Assembly: GCA_963662545.2 (NCBI GenBank)
Contig: CAXXLL010000002.1
Span: 1,312,001 to 1,376,000, forward strand
Reading direction: 5' to 3'
DNA: 64,000 nt
Source of the DNA: Gammaproteobacteria bacterium
GTDB taxonomy: Bacteria; Pseudomonadota; Gammaproteobacteria; Ga0077536
Positions 9,558-19,726 of the stretch are shown piece after piece. Position numbers and translations under genes: made by a program. Below the pieces are notes generated by a model. The model had not been told where the DNA came from. It searched no databases and saw only the letters and a program-made list of their open reading frames with translations. Numbering within the stretch: position 1 is the first letter of the stretch; every line of letters begins with the position of its first letter.

Positions 9558-10121
9558 ATGTCAGCTGCAGAGCAACACGCACGGGATGAACATCGGTGGT
9601 CGAGCATGATGGTTGCAAGCAATCAAGGGGATCGGCAGGCGTATCACCAACTCCTGACCGAAGTGGCGGTCGTCATCGAATCCTATCTGCGCCTTCGATT
9701 CGGCGCGATCAATGTGTTGGAAGATTGCGTTCAGGAATGTCTTCTTGCATTACACAACGCGCGTAACACTTATGATCCAAAACGCGCGTTCCGCCCTTGG
9801 ATGTTCACAATAGTCAGGCACAAAACCATCGACATATTGCGCAAGACAAAACGACAGATACAGATTGACGGAATATTCGCCGGCGAGCAATCCGGCGTCA
9901 CCGATCCTGGCCATCTCATGAAGCTGATCGACGGTGTTCGCGTGCTAAATATGCTCTCTCCCGATCACCGTGAGGCAGTCGCGTTAACAAAATATGCCGG
10001 CTACACCGTGCCCGAGGCGGCTAATTGGCTCGGCATTTCAGAAAGCGCGGTAAAGGCGCGCCTGCACCGTGGCCTGTTGGCCATTCGCAAACATCTCGAA
10101 GCCGAGGAGCTGCCAATATGA
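9558..10121 (+). CDS. ECF RNA polymerase sigma-70 factor
   Basis: EDCVQECLL, FRPWMFTIVRHKTID region 2; EAANWLGISESAVKARLHRG region 4. Confidence 0.93.
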   Translation: MSAAEQHARDEHRWSSMMVASNQGDRQAYHQLLTEVAVVIESYLRLRFGAINVLEDCVQECLLALHNARNTYDPKRAFRPWMFTIVRHKTIDILRKTKRQIQIDGIFAGEQSGVTDPGHLMKLIDGVRVLNMLSPDHREAVALTKYAGYTVPEAANWLGISESAVKARLHRGLLAIRKHLEAEELPI

Positions 10122-10762
10122 ACACGGGACGGCATCGGCTCATCGCTGAACTTTCGGCGGATCTCACGCCCATTCGCGACGCGGGAAAAACTCTGCGAAA
10201 GAGCTGCATCTGGTTGCTCGTCGCCTCCGCAACGGCCTTACTAATTATCTATGCGACCGGGCCTTTCCGGAGCGGGAGCCTCGCTCAACTCCACCAGAAT
10301 CCACAGTTTCTGGTGGAAACACTGCTTGGGATCGCGGCGATCGCGGCGCTGGGAATCACGGCCTTTCGAACCGGGATACCCGTTGCCATGCCCATCACTA
10401 AACGCGTGTCGATTTCAGTCGTCCTGCTCTGCCTTTGGGTCGCAATGGTCGCGTACGGGCTGGCCTCGCCGGCGCTTGAAGAATCGATGGCCGGCAAGCG
10501 CGAACACTGCTATCTCGAAGCACTTTTATACGGTTTACCGGGACTCATTGTCGGCTTGATGGCAATCAGGCGCCTATATCCTCTGTACGGCGCGTGGTCC
10601 GGCGCGCTCCTTGGCCTGTCTGCCGGTGCGATGCCGGCACTGATCATGCAGTTTGCGTGCATGTACGTACCGCTGCACATCATCACGCATCATTTGCTCC
10701 CGGGTATGGCCCTGGCCATCGTGGGGCTGATCGCGGGACACTTTCTTTTACGCCCCCGTTAG
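10118..10762 (+). CDS. nrsF: NrsF/DUF1109 family membrane anti-sigma factor
   Basis: LIAELSADLTP start, about six TM helices, conserved Cys/His (HC, FAC, HH); ATGA-coupled to the ECF sigma. Confidence 0.8.
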   Translation: MNTGRHRLIAELSADLTPIRDAGKTLRKSCIWLLVASATALLIIYATGPFRSGSLAQLHQNPQFLVETLLGIAAIAALGITAFRTGIPVAMPITKRVSISVVLLCLWVAMVAYGLASPALEESMAGKREHCYLEALLYGLPGLIVGLMAIRRLYPLYGAWSGALLGLSAGAMPALIMQFACMYVPLHIITHHLLPGMALAIVGLIAGHFLLRPR

Positions 10763-10912
10763 GTTCGTTAGCCCAAACCTCGGGTATTCCGCCAACTCGC
10801 CCCCCGTCCGCATCGTTTTACCGCTTCGCTTCGTAGTGTCAATTGCACGGAGGACGCCTGGTTCGCTGGGACCGGCGCCCGTATTGCAATTGAACTACGG
10901 GAGGATCTGAAG

Positions 10913-11707
10913 ATGTCCATTAATAAAGGAGCTTTGGCGCTTGCGCTATGCATCGTCGCAATTGGTTTTCCGACTGCGCGTGCGGCAGAAATCAGCGTGA
11001 CCATAACCAATAACGCGCCGATCGGCGGGACTTACCTCACGCCCTTATGGGTAGGGTTTCATGACGGCAGTTTTGACACCTTCAACGCAGGTGCTGCAGC
11101 CAGCGCCGCGCTCGAGCCGCTGGCGGAGGACGGCAATGTCGGACCGCTGTCGTTGAGCTTCGCCGGGTCAGGTGTTGACGGCGTAGTAGGAGGCGGTCCG
11201 ATAGCGCCCGGAGCGTCTGCCACTACCGTACTGAACCTGAGTAATGACGGCAGCAACGACTACCTTTCGTTCGCGTCGATGCTGTTGCCGAGTTCTGATT
11301 TTTTTATCGGGAACGATGCGCCGAATGTGTATTCCATCGCCGGCATCCTGGACGGCACGTTCGGCAGTATCACCGTGACGGTACTCAGCGTGTACGACGC
11401 CGGTACCGAGGTCAACGATTTCGGCACTTCCGCGGGCAATGGACTATTCGGCATTCCCGGCGGACAAGGCGGACCGAATCAAGGGGCGAACGAAAACGGC
11501 GTGATCACGCTCGCCCAGGGCAGCGATTATCTCGCGTACCTGAACTTGGCTGGCGTTAACGTTGCACCCTTCGATTTCAGTGCCTACGCGAGCATCGCGA
11601 CCATCACGGTCTCCGCCGTACCCATTCCGGCAGCCTTGCCGCTGTTGATGTCGGGGATCGTCGGCCTGGGATTCCTGCGACATAGAAACAGCGGTCAAGG
11701 CGGCTGA
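10913..11707 (+). CDS. Secreted spondin_N domain protein with VPLPA/PEP-CTERM-like sorting signal
   Basis: Signal peptide; LTPLWVGFHDG, LAEDG, ASMLLPSSDFFIG, YDAGTEVN; C-terminal VPIPAALPLLMSGIVGLGFLRHR. Confidence 0.88.
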   Translation: MSINKGALALALCIVAIGFPTARAAEISVTITNNAPIGGTYLTPLWVGFHDGSFDTFNAGAAASAALEPLAEDGNVGPLSLSFAGSGVDGVVGGGPIAPGASATTVLNLSNDGSNDYLSFASMLLPSSDFFIGNDAPNVYSIAGILDGTFGSITVTVLSVYDAGTEVNDFGTSAGNGLFGIPGGQGGPNQGANENGVITLAQGSDYLAYLNLAGVNVAPFDFSAYASIATITVSAVPIPAALPLLMSGIVGLGFLRHRNSGQGG

Positions 11708-11723
11708 AAATCGTAGTGAGGCG

Positions 11724-11752
11724 TAGAAACCCGCCTCCTTGGCGGGTTTCTA
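11724..11752. terminator. Rho-independent, probably bidirectional, terminator
   Basis: TAGAAACCCGCC-TCCTT-GGCGGGTTTCTA between convergent genes. Confidence 0.8.
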
Positions 11753-11779
11753 TTTACCGTACTCCGGCACCCTGGACGA

Positions 11780-12799
11780 TCAATCGAATCTGCCGGCGAT
11801 CGTCATGAGCAAGTCATATTCGATCAAACAGGTATTACGACCGCACGCGGCAAACGCGGACGAACGGCGCACGCCGGACATATGTCCGAAAACCTGCATC
11901 ACGTTGAATAAGGCCCAGCGGAGAAGGCCAAAAATCTCCCACCAGCGGGCGACCGCCCGGTCGATAGGCCGTCCCCCGGCCTGCTCGTATGCACGGTAGA
12001 GATCTTCTCGCGTACCGAATCCGCCGGCGGGCTTGTCGATGTGACCAAAACGCCAGGATCGGGTGCACATCCAACCCAGATCCTCTACCGGATCACCCAA
12101 GTGTGCGCATTCCCAATCCAAGACGGCCTGAATACCTGCGTGGTTGACGATCATGTTGCCGTTGCGGAAGTCGCCGTGCAGAAAACAGGGCGCGCAAGAA
12201 TCGGGTCGATTGTGTTCTAGCCAGCGAAAGGCAAATTCGAGCGCCGGATGCGGCTCGCCATAATGATCGTAAAGCGCGATCTGCGCTTTTAGTGCATCGT
12301 GACTATGCGGCACGGATTCCAGGACCGACACCTCGGCCGCATCGATCGCATGCAGGCGCGCGAGAATTTCGCCGGCTTGGCCGACATAGCGTGTGCGTGC
12401 TTCGGCGAAAGCGGCGTCGCTCAGCAGTTTTTTTGGCAAGGTCTCACCCGCTACGTGAGCGACGATGTAACTGCGGCCTAAGCCATCGGTTGGTTCGAGC
12501 TGGAAAATAGGCTCGGGGACGGGCACGCCGTGCGCAAACGCCACTTCGATCACTTCGTATTGCTTTTCCGGCGCGATAAAGGGAGAGTTTTCCAAGGTAA
12601 CCGTTTCTTGACGAAATACGAGCCGACGCCGTCGTTGTGCGGTTTTGAGATCAAACAATAACGTGCGGTTGGAGCCCCCCAGCGTTGCGACCTCGACATT
12701 GTCGACCTCTGCGGCCGATCCAAACCGGCCTTTGACCGCGGTGCGCAAGCGCTCCACGATGGCGGTGAGTTCATCCTGCGCTGCGGACGCACCGCTCAC
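11780..12799 (-). CDS. Phosphotransferase (APH/ACAD10-like) family protein
   Basis: VPVPEP, HGDFRNGN, LDWECAHLGDP.EDLGW. Confidence 0.9.
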   Translation of the reverse strand: MSGASAAQDELTAIVERLRTAVKGRFGSAAEVDNVEVATLGGSNRTLLFDLKTAQRRRRLVFRQETVTLENSPFIAPEKQYEVIEVAFAHGVPVPEPIFQLEPTDGLGRSYIVAHVAGETLPKKLLSDAAFAEARTRYVGQAGEILARLHAIDAAEVSVLESVPHSHDALKAQIALYDHYGEPHPALEFAFRWLEHNRPDSCAPCFLHGDFRNGNMIVNHAGIQAVLDWECAHLGDPVEDLGWMCTRSWRFGHIDKPAGGFGTREDLYRAYEQAGGRPIDRAVARWWEIFGLLRWALFNVMQVFGHMSGVRRSSAFAACGRNTCLIEYDLLMTIAGRFD

Positions 12800-12826
12800 T
12801 TGAATCTCCGTCTTACCGTTAAATCG

Positions 12827-13828
12827 CTATAAGGGGAACGCGACGGGTTGACCGTCTTCGATGCGTTCTACGTATTCCGTCATGCCGTACCCGCGTTGTC
12901 CATCCCACTCAAATTCCGTAAATGCTTCGGCGATGCGGGAAGTTACCATTTCGTCATCGATGCGGCGGCGATTGCGCAGCGGTGCAAGGTTCAACACCGA
13001 GCCATGAATTACCGCAGACCACGTCGCCGAGCGCGCCGTCAATAGGACGGCAACCGGATCTTTATCGTCGTTCCACTCGGTCAACACGTCGAGATCGGTA
13101 ATCGTCTCGTAAGCGCCGTCGCGGAATAACACACCGGCGCGCCGGATCAAGCCGTTCTGGTTGGCGATCTTCAAGAGCGTAATGCCGCGATCGGCACCAA
13201 AGCTTGCATAGAAGCCGCGGTCGAACACGATGTTTTGCCATAAACGTGGCCCCCAGGAGTGATCGCGCCATCCAAACCCTCCAAAATCGAATGTTTCATC
13301 GCCGATGGAAATATGTCCTTCAACGACCGTATGCTGGTTGAAATGGCCGAGAGAAAAATCACGGCCGAACATCGTCTCCTGCGCGGCGCTCACGGGCACG
13401 CCGCCATGCACCGGAGAACACCCGCGATGCCGCCATTCGATTTCGCAAGACGCACGCGGAGCGTGTTCGAACAGGCGTTTCGGATCACGCAACAGTGTGT
13501 TATCCGGTAGCACCATAACCTCGCCGCGATAAGTCATGTTGACCCGCTCGAACGGGGACTCAATCGTGTAACGTAGTCCGCCCGCGTCGAAGACGTCGTT
13601 ACTGTCGATTTCGGGACGTTGAAACTGGCAGGCAATGCGGCCGTCCGGAAGGTAAATGCATACAGCAAGTTCCGCATAGCGTTCGTTGACGCGGTTGCCA
13701 AGGCGCATCCAACCGCCGAATCGGCGATCGTGATCGAACGCATTCGTGTACACGCTTTCGTTGAAATTTGGTTTCTTTCCAGACGAATGGGTCCACTCAT
13801 CTGCAGCCTTTAACACATAATCGGTCAT
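12827..13828 (-). CDS. Conserved hypothetical protein (lipocalin/AttH-like fold; NES..Y, RDHSWGPR)
   Basis: FNESVY, GHFNQ, GWRDHSWGPR, GYGMTEY motifs. Confidence 0.7.
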   Translation of the reverse strand: MTDYVLKAADEWTHSSGKKPNFNESVYTNAFDHDRRFGGWMRLGNRVNERYAELAVCIYLPDGRIACQFQRPEIDSNDVFDAGGLRYTIESPFERVNMTYRGEVMVLPDNTLLRDPKRLFEHAPRASCEIEWRHRGCSPVHGGVPVSAAQETMFGRDFSLGHFNQHTVVEGHISIGDETFDFGGFGWRDHSWGPRLWQNIVFDRGFYASFGADRGITLLKIANQNGLIRRAGVLFRDGAYETITDLDVLTEWNDDKDPVAVLLTARSATWSAVIHGSVLNLAPLRNRRRIDDEMVTSRIAEAFTEFEWDGQRGYGMTEYVERIEDGQPVAFPL

Positions 13829-14090
13829 CGATTTACGCCCCCAGCGCCATGATCAAGTCTCCGCGCAGCGAACCTTCGCGCAGGCAGGGTCCAGGAAAGA
13901 TAAAAGGTCCCAGTAGTTGACGCGATAGGCGTTAGCGCCCCCGCGTAGACTGCTAGTTCAGTATAATGCCTGCGATTTCACGTGGCTCCCGGTTCGGTCA
14001 GAATGCCGTTCAAAAAACACGATTTTTGCTTACGCCGATGAAATTGGGCAAGCGGCTCTGTAGTACACTCAGCCCGACAGACGTTTCAAT

Positions 14091-14200
14091 GGTGGACGTG
14101 TCGGTCCCCTCGCGGCACAACGCCGTAAACCCCGTCAGGCCTGGAAGGGAGCAGCGGTAGCGGTTGTTGTGGGCGCCGGGGTGTGGCTGGCACGGCCGCC
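14091..14200 (+). ncRNA. ffs: Signal recognition particle 4.5S RNA
   Basis: TCAGGCCTGGAAGGGAGCAGC domain IV motif in a long hairpin, directly upstream of dnaX. Confidence 0.92.
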
Positions 14201-14306
14201 GCCTTCATCGCGCCAATGCAGTTCAGCCGCGACGTAGTCAACGATGGCAGGGCGGCATTATTCGGTAAGCTCAATTGCACGAATTCACCATGAAGGGCCG
14301 CAGCTT

Positions 14307-15926
14307 ATGAGTTATCAGGTACTCGCACGTAAGTGGAGACCGCGAAAATTTTCCGAAGTCATCGGGCAGGCGCATGTTCTTAAAGCGTTGATCAATGCGC
14401 TGGACGGTGATCGCCTGCATCACGCCTATCTGTTCGCCGGGACGCGCGGCGTCGGCAAGACGACCCTGGCGCGTGTCTTCGCCAAGGCACTGAATTGCGA
14501 GCGCGGGATATCGAGTGAACCCTGCGGCGAGTGCGCCTCGTGCGTTGAAATAGACGAAGGGCGCTTCGTCGATCTGATTGAAGTCGACGCGGCCTCGCGG
14601 ACCAAGGTCGACGAGACCCGCGAGTTACTGGATAACGTCCAGTACGCCCCGACGCGTGCCCGTTTCAAGATCTACCTCATCGACGAAGTCCAAATGTTTT
14701 CCAATCATTCCTTCAATGCGCTGCTGAAAACATTGGAGGAGCCGCCGCCGCATGTGAAGTTTCTGCTCGCAACCACCGATCCCAAGCGCCTGCCGGTCAC
14801 TGTTCTTTCGCGTTGCCTGCAATTCAACCTGACGCGCCTGAGTATCTCTCAGCTCACTGCGCATCTAGGCGCGATACTGGACGCCGAGGGCGTTTCCTAC
14901 GACGCCGAAGCGCTACAGTTGATATCCCAGTCAGCCGCCGGGAGTGTACGCGATGCGCTCAGTCTATTGGACCAGGCGATCGCGCATGGTGGCGGTCGGG
15001 TCGAATCGTCCGAAGTGGCGGCGATGCTGGGGGCCGTCGATCGTGATCGCGTTTTCAAACTGCTCGACGCAGTGATTGCAGGCGACGGGCATGCCCTTGT
15101 CTCAATCGCCCGCGATCTCAGCGAATACGTGCCGGATTACGCTCAGGTGCTGGCTGAATTGTTGTCATTGCTACGGCGTATAGCGGTCGTTCATGCCCTC
15201 GAAAACCGGGCACATGATCTCGAACCGGACAGCCAGGTGATCGATCTGGCGCGACGATTGTCGCCCGATACATGCCAGCTTTTCTACCAGATCGCGTTGA
15301 CCGGACGTCACGATCTTACGATGACTCCGGACCCGGAAGCCGGGTTCGAAATGATTCTGATCCGTATGCTCGCATTCCGGCCCGCGATCGCGGCTCAGAG
15401 CGACCGTGAAGACACGGTGATGGTGGATCCGGCGGCGCCATCAACCGCAACGGACACTGCTGCCTCGACATCGGCCTCGTCAGCGCCGGCAACACCTTCC
15501 GATACTACCGCCTCGACTCCGGCCCCGCCTGCGCACGAAGCAGTTTTGTCCGGTGATTTGGATTGGGATCAGCTCGTCACGGACCTCGAGGTGGTCGGGC
15601 TGGTGCGCGAACTCGCGCGCAACAGCGCGCTCGCCTCCTTCGAGAACGGAGTCGTCGAACTCGTCATCGCGCCGCAATTCGAAAAACTTGCCGCTCGCCG
15701 CCACCTCGAATCGCTCCAAGCGGCGCTCGGCAAACAGCTCGGGCGCAATATCGTCGTCAGGCTAAATGTGGCGCGCGACGATTCGCTTACCACGCCGTCG
15801 CAGCTCGCACTGGCAGCCAATGAAGAACGTCAGAGAAAGGCCGAAGCCGAGATGGAAAGCGATCCCAACGTAAAAGCGATGCGTGATGCCTTCGATGCGA
15901 CGATCGAGGATGTATCGGCGCGTTGA
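14307..15926 (+). CDS. dnaX: DNA polymerase III subunit gamma/tau
   Basis: MSYQVLARKWRP, GTRGVGKTT, Zn-binding CGEC..C, LLKTLEEPP. Confidence 0.97.
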   Translation: MSYQVLARKWRPRKFSEVIGQAHVLKALINALDGDRLHHAYLFAGTRGVGKTTLARVFAKALNCERGISSEPCGECASCVEIDEGRFVDLIEVDAASRTKVDETRELLDNVQYAPTRARFKIYLIDEVQMFSNHSFNALLKTLEEPPPHVKFLLATTDPKRLPVTVLSRCLQFNLTRLSISQLTAHLGAILDAEGVSYDAEALQLISQSAAGSVRDALSLLDQAIAHGGGRVESSEVAAMLGAVDRDRVFKLLDAVIAGDGHALVSIARDLSEYVPDYAQVLAELLSLLRRIAVVHALENRAHDLEPDSQVIDLARRLSPDTCQLFYQIALTGRHDLTMTPDPEAGFEMILIRMLAFRPAIAAQSDREDTVMVDPAAPSTATDTAASTSASSAPATPSDTTASTPAPPAHEAVLSGDLDWDQLVTDLEVVGLVRELARNSALASFENGVVELVIAPQFEKLAARRHLESLQAALGKQLGRNIVVRLNVARDDSLTTPSQLALAANEERQRKAEAEMESDPNVKAMRDAFDATIEDVSAR

Positions 15927-16007
15927 ATCATTTCCAGGGTTGTACCTGGTTCGTTACCCATCGCGAACGTCACACAAATATTCATTACCGCAGGAGAAAA
16001 CATTGAG

Positions 16008-16331
16008 ATGAAAGGCGCACTCGGTAACCTGATGAAGCAGGCGCAGAAAATGCAGGAACAAGTGCAGCGCGTACAGGAGGAGATCGCGAACGCCGAGGTC
16101 GTCGGCGAATCCGGCGGCGGGCTTGTTCGCGTGATCATGAACGGGCGCCACGACATAAAATCGGTGACCATCGATCCCGACTTGATGAACGACGAGAAGA
16201 CGATGCTAGAAGATCTGATGGCGGCCGCGGTCAATGATGCCAACCGGCGCGTCGAGGCCTTGAGCAAAGAAAAACTCGCGGGCGTCACGGCTGGTATCGA
16301 ACTGCCTGCCGGAGTTAAGTTGCCGTTTTGA
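16008..16331 (+). CDS. ybaB: YbaB/EbfC nucleoid-associated protein
   Basis: [28 protein letters not shown]. Confidence 0.96.
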   Translation: MKGALGNLMKQAQKMQEQVQRVQEEIANAEVVGESGGGLVRVIMNGRHDIKSVTIDPDLMNDEKTMLEDLMAAAVNDANRRVEALSKEKLAGVTAGIELPAGVKLPF

Positions 16332-16924
16332 ATCCTTCGCCGCTACTTGTCGAACTCGTGTCTGCGCTTCAATACCTGCCCGGGGTAGGGCCCAAATCTG
16401 CCCAGCGCATCGCTTTCTATTTACTCGATCAACACCGCGACAAGGCGCGCCGGCTCGCCGACATGCTACGGCGCGCCGCGGATGAGATCGGCCGGTGCTC
16501 GAGCTGCCGAACTTTTTGCGAAACCGAAACTTGTAAATTGTGCACCAGTCCGAACCGCGAATCAGGCCTTTTGTGCGTCGTCGAGAATCCGCTCGATGTC
16601 GTGTCGATCGAGCAGGCCGCGGACTATCGCGGCCGCTATTTTGTTCTCATGGGACGACTGTCACCCATCGACGGGGTGACGCCCGATGCGCTGGGGATCC
16701 CCTTGCTCGAGAAGCGGCTCGGCGAGGGCGGTATCGATGAGATGATCGTGGCTACCGGGACCACGATGGAAGGAGAGGCCACGGCCCATTATTTAAAGGA
16801 CGTTGCCCGACGCACTTCGGTGCGTGCCACGCGCATCGCGTACGGCGTGCCGGTGGGCGGGGAACTCGAGTTTGTCGACAGCACCACGCTGTCGCTCGCG
16901 CTGACCAGCCGCCGCGAGTATTAA
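16328..16924 (+). CDS. recR: Recombination mediator RecR
   Basis: [12 protein letters not shown]4 zinc finger, [16 protein letters not shown]. Confidence 0.96.
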   Translation: MNPSPLLVELVSALQYLPGVGPKSAQRIAFYLLDQHRDKARRLADMLRRAADEIGRCSSCRTFCETETCKLCTSPNRESGLLCVVENPLDVVSIEQAADYRGRYFVLMGRLSPIDGVTPDALGIPLLEKRLGEGGIDEMIVATGTTMEGEATAHYLKDVARRTSVRATRIAYGVPVGGELEFVDSTTLSLALTSRREY

Positions 16925-16955
16925 AGCCCGGTCTCGTTATCGACAGGAGCCTTCA

Positions 16956-17510
16956 ATGCAGTATTCGGAGCAAAATCTGATCTGGATTGATCTGGAGATG
17001 ACGGGCCTCGAACCCGACCACGATCAGATCATCGAAATTGCGACGATTGTGACCGACGCGCATTTGACGGAGCAGGTCGATGGTCCCGTGGTCGCAATTC
17101 ACCACCATGAAGACGTGATCGATGCCATGGACGATTGGAACACGAAACATCACGGGCAATCGGGTTTGATCGATCGCATTCGGCAGAGCGCGTATACGAC
17201 GGCGCAGGCAGAGCAAGAGACGGTTGAATTTCTGCGGCGCTACGTGCCGCCACAGATCTCGCCGATGTGTGGAAACAGCATCTGCCAGGATCGGCGATTC
17301 CTCTATAAGTACATGCCTGAACTGGCGGAGTATTTCCTGTACCGGAATCTGGACGTCAGCACGCTGAAGGAACTCGCCAATCGTTGGGCTCCGGCCCTGC
17401 CGGTATTCGAAAAGCGCTCGATGCACATTGCACTCGAGGATATTCGAGATTCGATCGACGAACTCAAGCACTATCGCGCGTGCTTTCTCAAGGTTTCGCC
17501 GCCTGCGTGA
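16956..17510 (+). CDS. orn: Oligoribonuclease
   Basis: [33 protein letters not shown]. Confidence 0.96.
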   Translation: MQYSEQNLIWIDLEMTGLEPDHDQIIEIATIVTDAHLTEQVDGPVVAIHHHEDVIDAMDDWNTKHHGQSGLIDRIRQSAYTTAQAEQETVEFLRRYVPPQISPMCGNSICQDRRFLYKYMPELAEYFLYRNLDVSTLKELANRWAPALPVFEKRSMHIALEDIRDSIDELKHYRACFLKVSPPA

Positions 17511-18988
17511 CCCCTGATTTGCCGTACGATCTCTACGATGCCGCGTCCACGCGCGAGCTCGATCGGGTTGCCATTGAGCAGCTCGGTATCCCCGGATTGA
17601 CGCTCATGCAGCGCGCGGGGCAGGCGGCCTACGAAGCGCTGTGTGAGCGCTGGCCCGAAGCGCAACGGGTTAGCGTACTCTGCGGGACCGGTAACAACGG
17701 GGGTGACGGGTTTGTCATCGCCGAACTTGCCGCGGCCGACGATCTAGATGTCGAGGTCATTATTCTCGGCGACAGGAACCGGATCTCCGGCGATGCCGCC
17801 ACCTGTTTCAAGGCGCTCGCGGATTCAGCCGTAGCCGTGTTCGATTGGGAGCGCGATTTCAGCAACGCCGACGTCGTCGTCGATGCCTTGTTCGGGACCG
17901 GTCTGGATCGTGATCTCAAAGGCGATTACTTCCAAGCAGTCGAACGCATGAATGCCGGCGGCCATTCGGTCTTGAGTGTCGACATTCCCTCGGGCATCAA
18001 CGCGACCAGCGGGCGGCGGATGGCAACGGCGGTCGCTGCCGATCTAACGGTAACGTTCATCAGCGTGAACCAGGGCCTGTTGACCGGCGACGCCCCGGCA
18101 TTCGCGGGTGATATCGTCTACCGGGATCTCGAGGTTCCGGCTGCCGCTTATCGGTCGGTCTCGGCCACAGCTCAACGCGTGGACTACGCGAACGTGCGCC
18201 GTCATTTTCGCGCGCGCCCCAGAACTGCGCACAAAGGCCATTACGGTCACGTGCTGGTGATCGGCGGTGCGCCGGGATTCGGAGGTGCCGCCGCAATGGC
18301 GGCGGAGGCTGCGGCCCGGTGCGGTGCGGGCCTCGTATCCGCAGCGGTTCACCCGATCAATGCCGGTGGCGCGACGGCGGTCGGGCGGGTAATCATGTGT
18401 CACGCGGTTGCTGACACGGCTGACCTGCGGCCATTGCTTGAGCGGACGAACGTGATTGCGATCGGTCCTGGCCTCGGTCAATCCGCGTGGTCGCAAGCGC
18501 TCCTCGCCAGCGTGCGCGAATGTAGATCGCCGGTGGTGATGGATGCCGACGCCCTGAACCTCCTGGCGATTGATCCTGACGCGTGCGAAAGCCGGGTCAT
18601 CACCCCGCATCCTGGCGAGGCGGCGCGCCTGCTGGGGACGGACACCGCCGGGATTCAGCACTCGCGCTTCGCGGCGGCCCGCGAACTCAACACTCGCTTC
18701 GGCGGTGTGGTCGTGCTCAAGGGTGCGGGAACGATCGTGCAGGCGGCACGTTCGGTACCCCGGGTCGTCAACGGCGGCAATCCCGGCATGGCAAGCGGCG
18801 GCATGGGGGACGTCCTCACGGGGATCATCGCGGGACTTATTGCGCAGGGGTTCCCGCTGTCGGAGGCCGCAACGGTAGGTGCCGTCGTGCATGCTTATGC
18901 GGCCGACCAAGCCGCACAGCAAGGGGGGGAACGGGGCATGCTCGCGACCGATCTAATGCCGTTCATCCGCGCCGCGGTCAATCCTTGA
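17507..18988 (+). CDS. nnr: Bifunctional NAD(P)HX epimerase/dehydratase
   Basis: [45 protein letters not shown]; GTGA overlap with orn. Confidence 0.94.
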   Translation: MTPDLPYDLYDAASTRELDRVAIEQLGIPGLTLMQRAGQAAYEALCERWPEAQRVSVLCGTGNNGGDGFVIAELAAADDLDVEVIILGDRNRISGDAATCFKALADSAVAVFDWERDFSNADVVVDALFGTGLDRDLKGDYFQAVERMNAGGHSVLSVDIPSGINATSGRRMATAVAADLTVTFISVNQGLLTGDAPAFAGDIVYRDLEVPAAAYRSVSATAQRVDYANVRRHFRARPRTAHKGHYGHVLVIGGAPGFGGAAAMAAEAAARCGAGLVSAAVHPINAGGATAVGRVIMCHAVADTADLRPLLERTNVIAIGPGLGQSAWSQALLASVRECRSPVVMDADALNLLAIDPDACESRVITPHPGEAARLLGTDTAGIQHSRFAAARELNTRFGGVVVLKGAGTIVQAARSVPRVVNGGNPGMASGGMGDVLTGIIAGLIAQGFPLSEAATVGAVVHAYAADQAAQQGGERGMLATDLMPFIRAAVNP

Positions 18989-18992
18989 TTTA

Positions 18993-19157
18993 GGGAACCT
19001 CTGAATAAGTTAAGGTGCGGGTGAATGGCGCATGAAATCGTGCAGATCAAGGCACGAATCGCAGGCCATAGCGGGGACTATTGGCAAGATGCGTAACGTA
19101 AGGCTCCGCGATTTCAGGCGCAAGACAGCTGTGCCATAACTTACTCAGAGGTTCCTC
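18993..19157. mobile_element. MITE family A copy 1
   Basis: Terminal IR GGAACCTCTGAATAAGT...ACTTACTCAGAGGTTCC; related copies at 45684 and 50059. Confidence 0.85.
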
Positions 19158-19166
19158 AGCCCGTAG

Positions 19167-19622
19167 ATGGAGCGCAGCTTCGACCTCAACAACGCCGCGG
19201 CGACCGAAGCGCTGGGCGCGCGCCTCGCTCAAGCGTGTCCGCGCGGCAGCCTTATCTTCCTGCATGGAGAACTCGCCGCGGGCAAGACCACCCTGGCCCG
19301 CGGATATATCAGGGCCCTCGGTCACGAAGGTGCCGTCAAGAGCCCGACTTTCACCCTGGTGGAGTCCTACGATCTCGCCGTCGGGACCGTTCACCATTTC
19401 GACCTGTATCGCATTGCTGCGCCCGAAGAACTCGACTACATCGGCATTGAGGACTATGTCGACGGCTGTGCGGACTGCCTCGTCGAATGGGCGGAGAGAG
19501 GCACGAACGTCCTTCCTCCCGGCGACGTCGAGGTTTGGCTAGCGATTGTGGGGCACGGACGCCGGGCAGTCCTAAAAGGGGCGTCGAAACGCGGAATCGA
19601 TGTAATTTCTCGTATTTTTTAA
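19167..19622 (+). CDS. tsaE: tRNA t6A biosynthesis ATPase TsaE
   Basis: LHGELAAGKTT, VKSPTFTLVESY, HFDLYR, VEWAE. Confidence 0.96.
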   Translation: MERSFDLNNAAATEALGARLAQACPRGSLIFLHGELAAGKTTLARGYIRALGHEGAVKSPTFTLVESYDLAVGTVHHFDLYRIAAPEELDYIGIEDYVDGCADCLVEWAERGTNVLPPGDVEVWLAIVGHGRRAVLKGASKRGIDVISRIF

Positions 19623-19726
19623 CGATAAATATCAAGAATATAATAAATATTTATAATAAGTACTTGAATTATCATGTCTAAATTAGACACAATATATGGA
19701 CTTTCTGAGAAAGATCGTATAAGCCC

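Noticed and set aside
14307-15926. Programmed -1 frameshift in dnaX producing gamma
   Set aside because: No A-AAA-AAG or poly-A slippery site seen
16956-18988. No queG between orn and nnr
   Set aside because: Gene-order variation at this locus is common and not informative on its own
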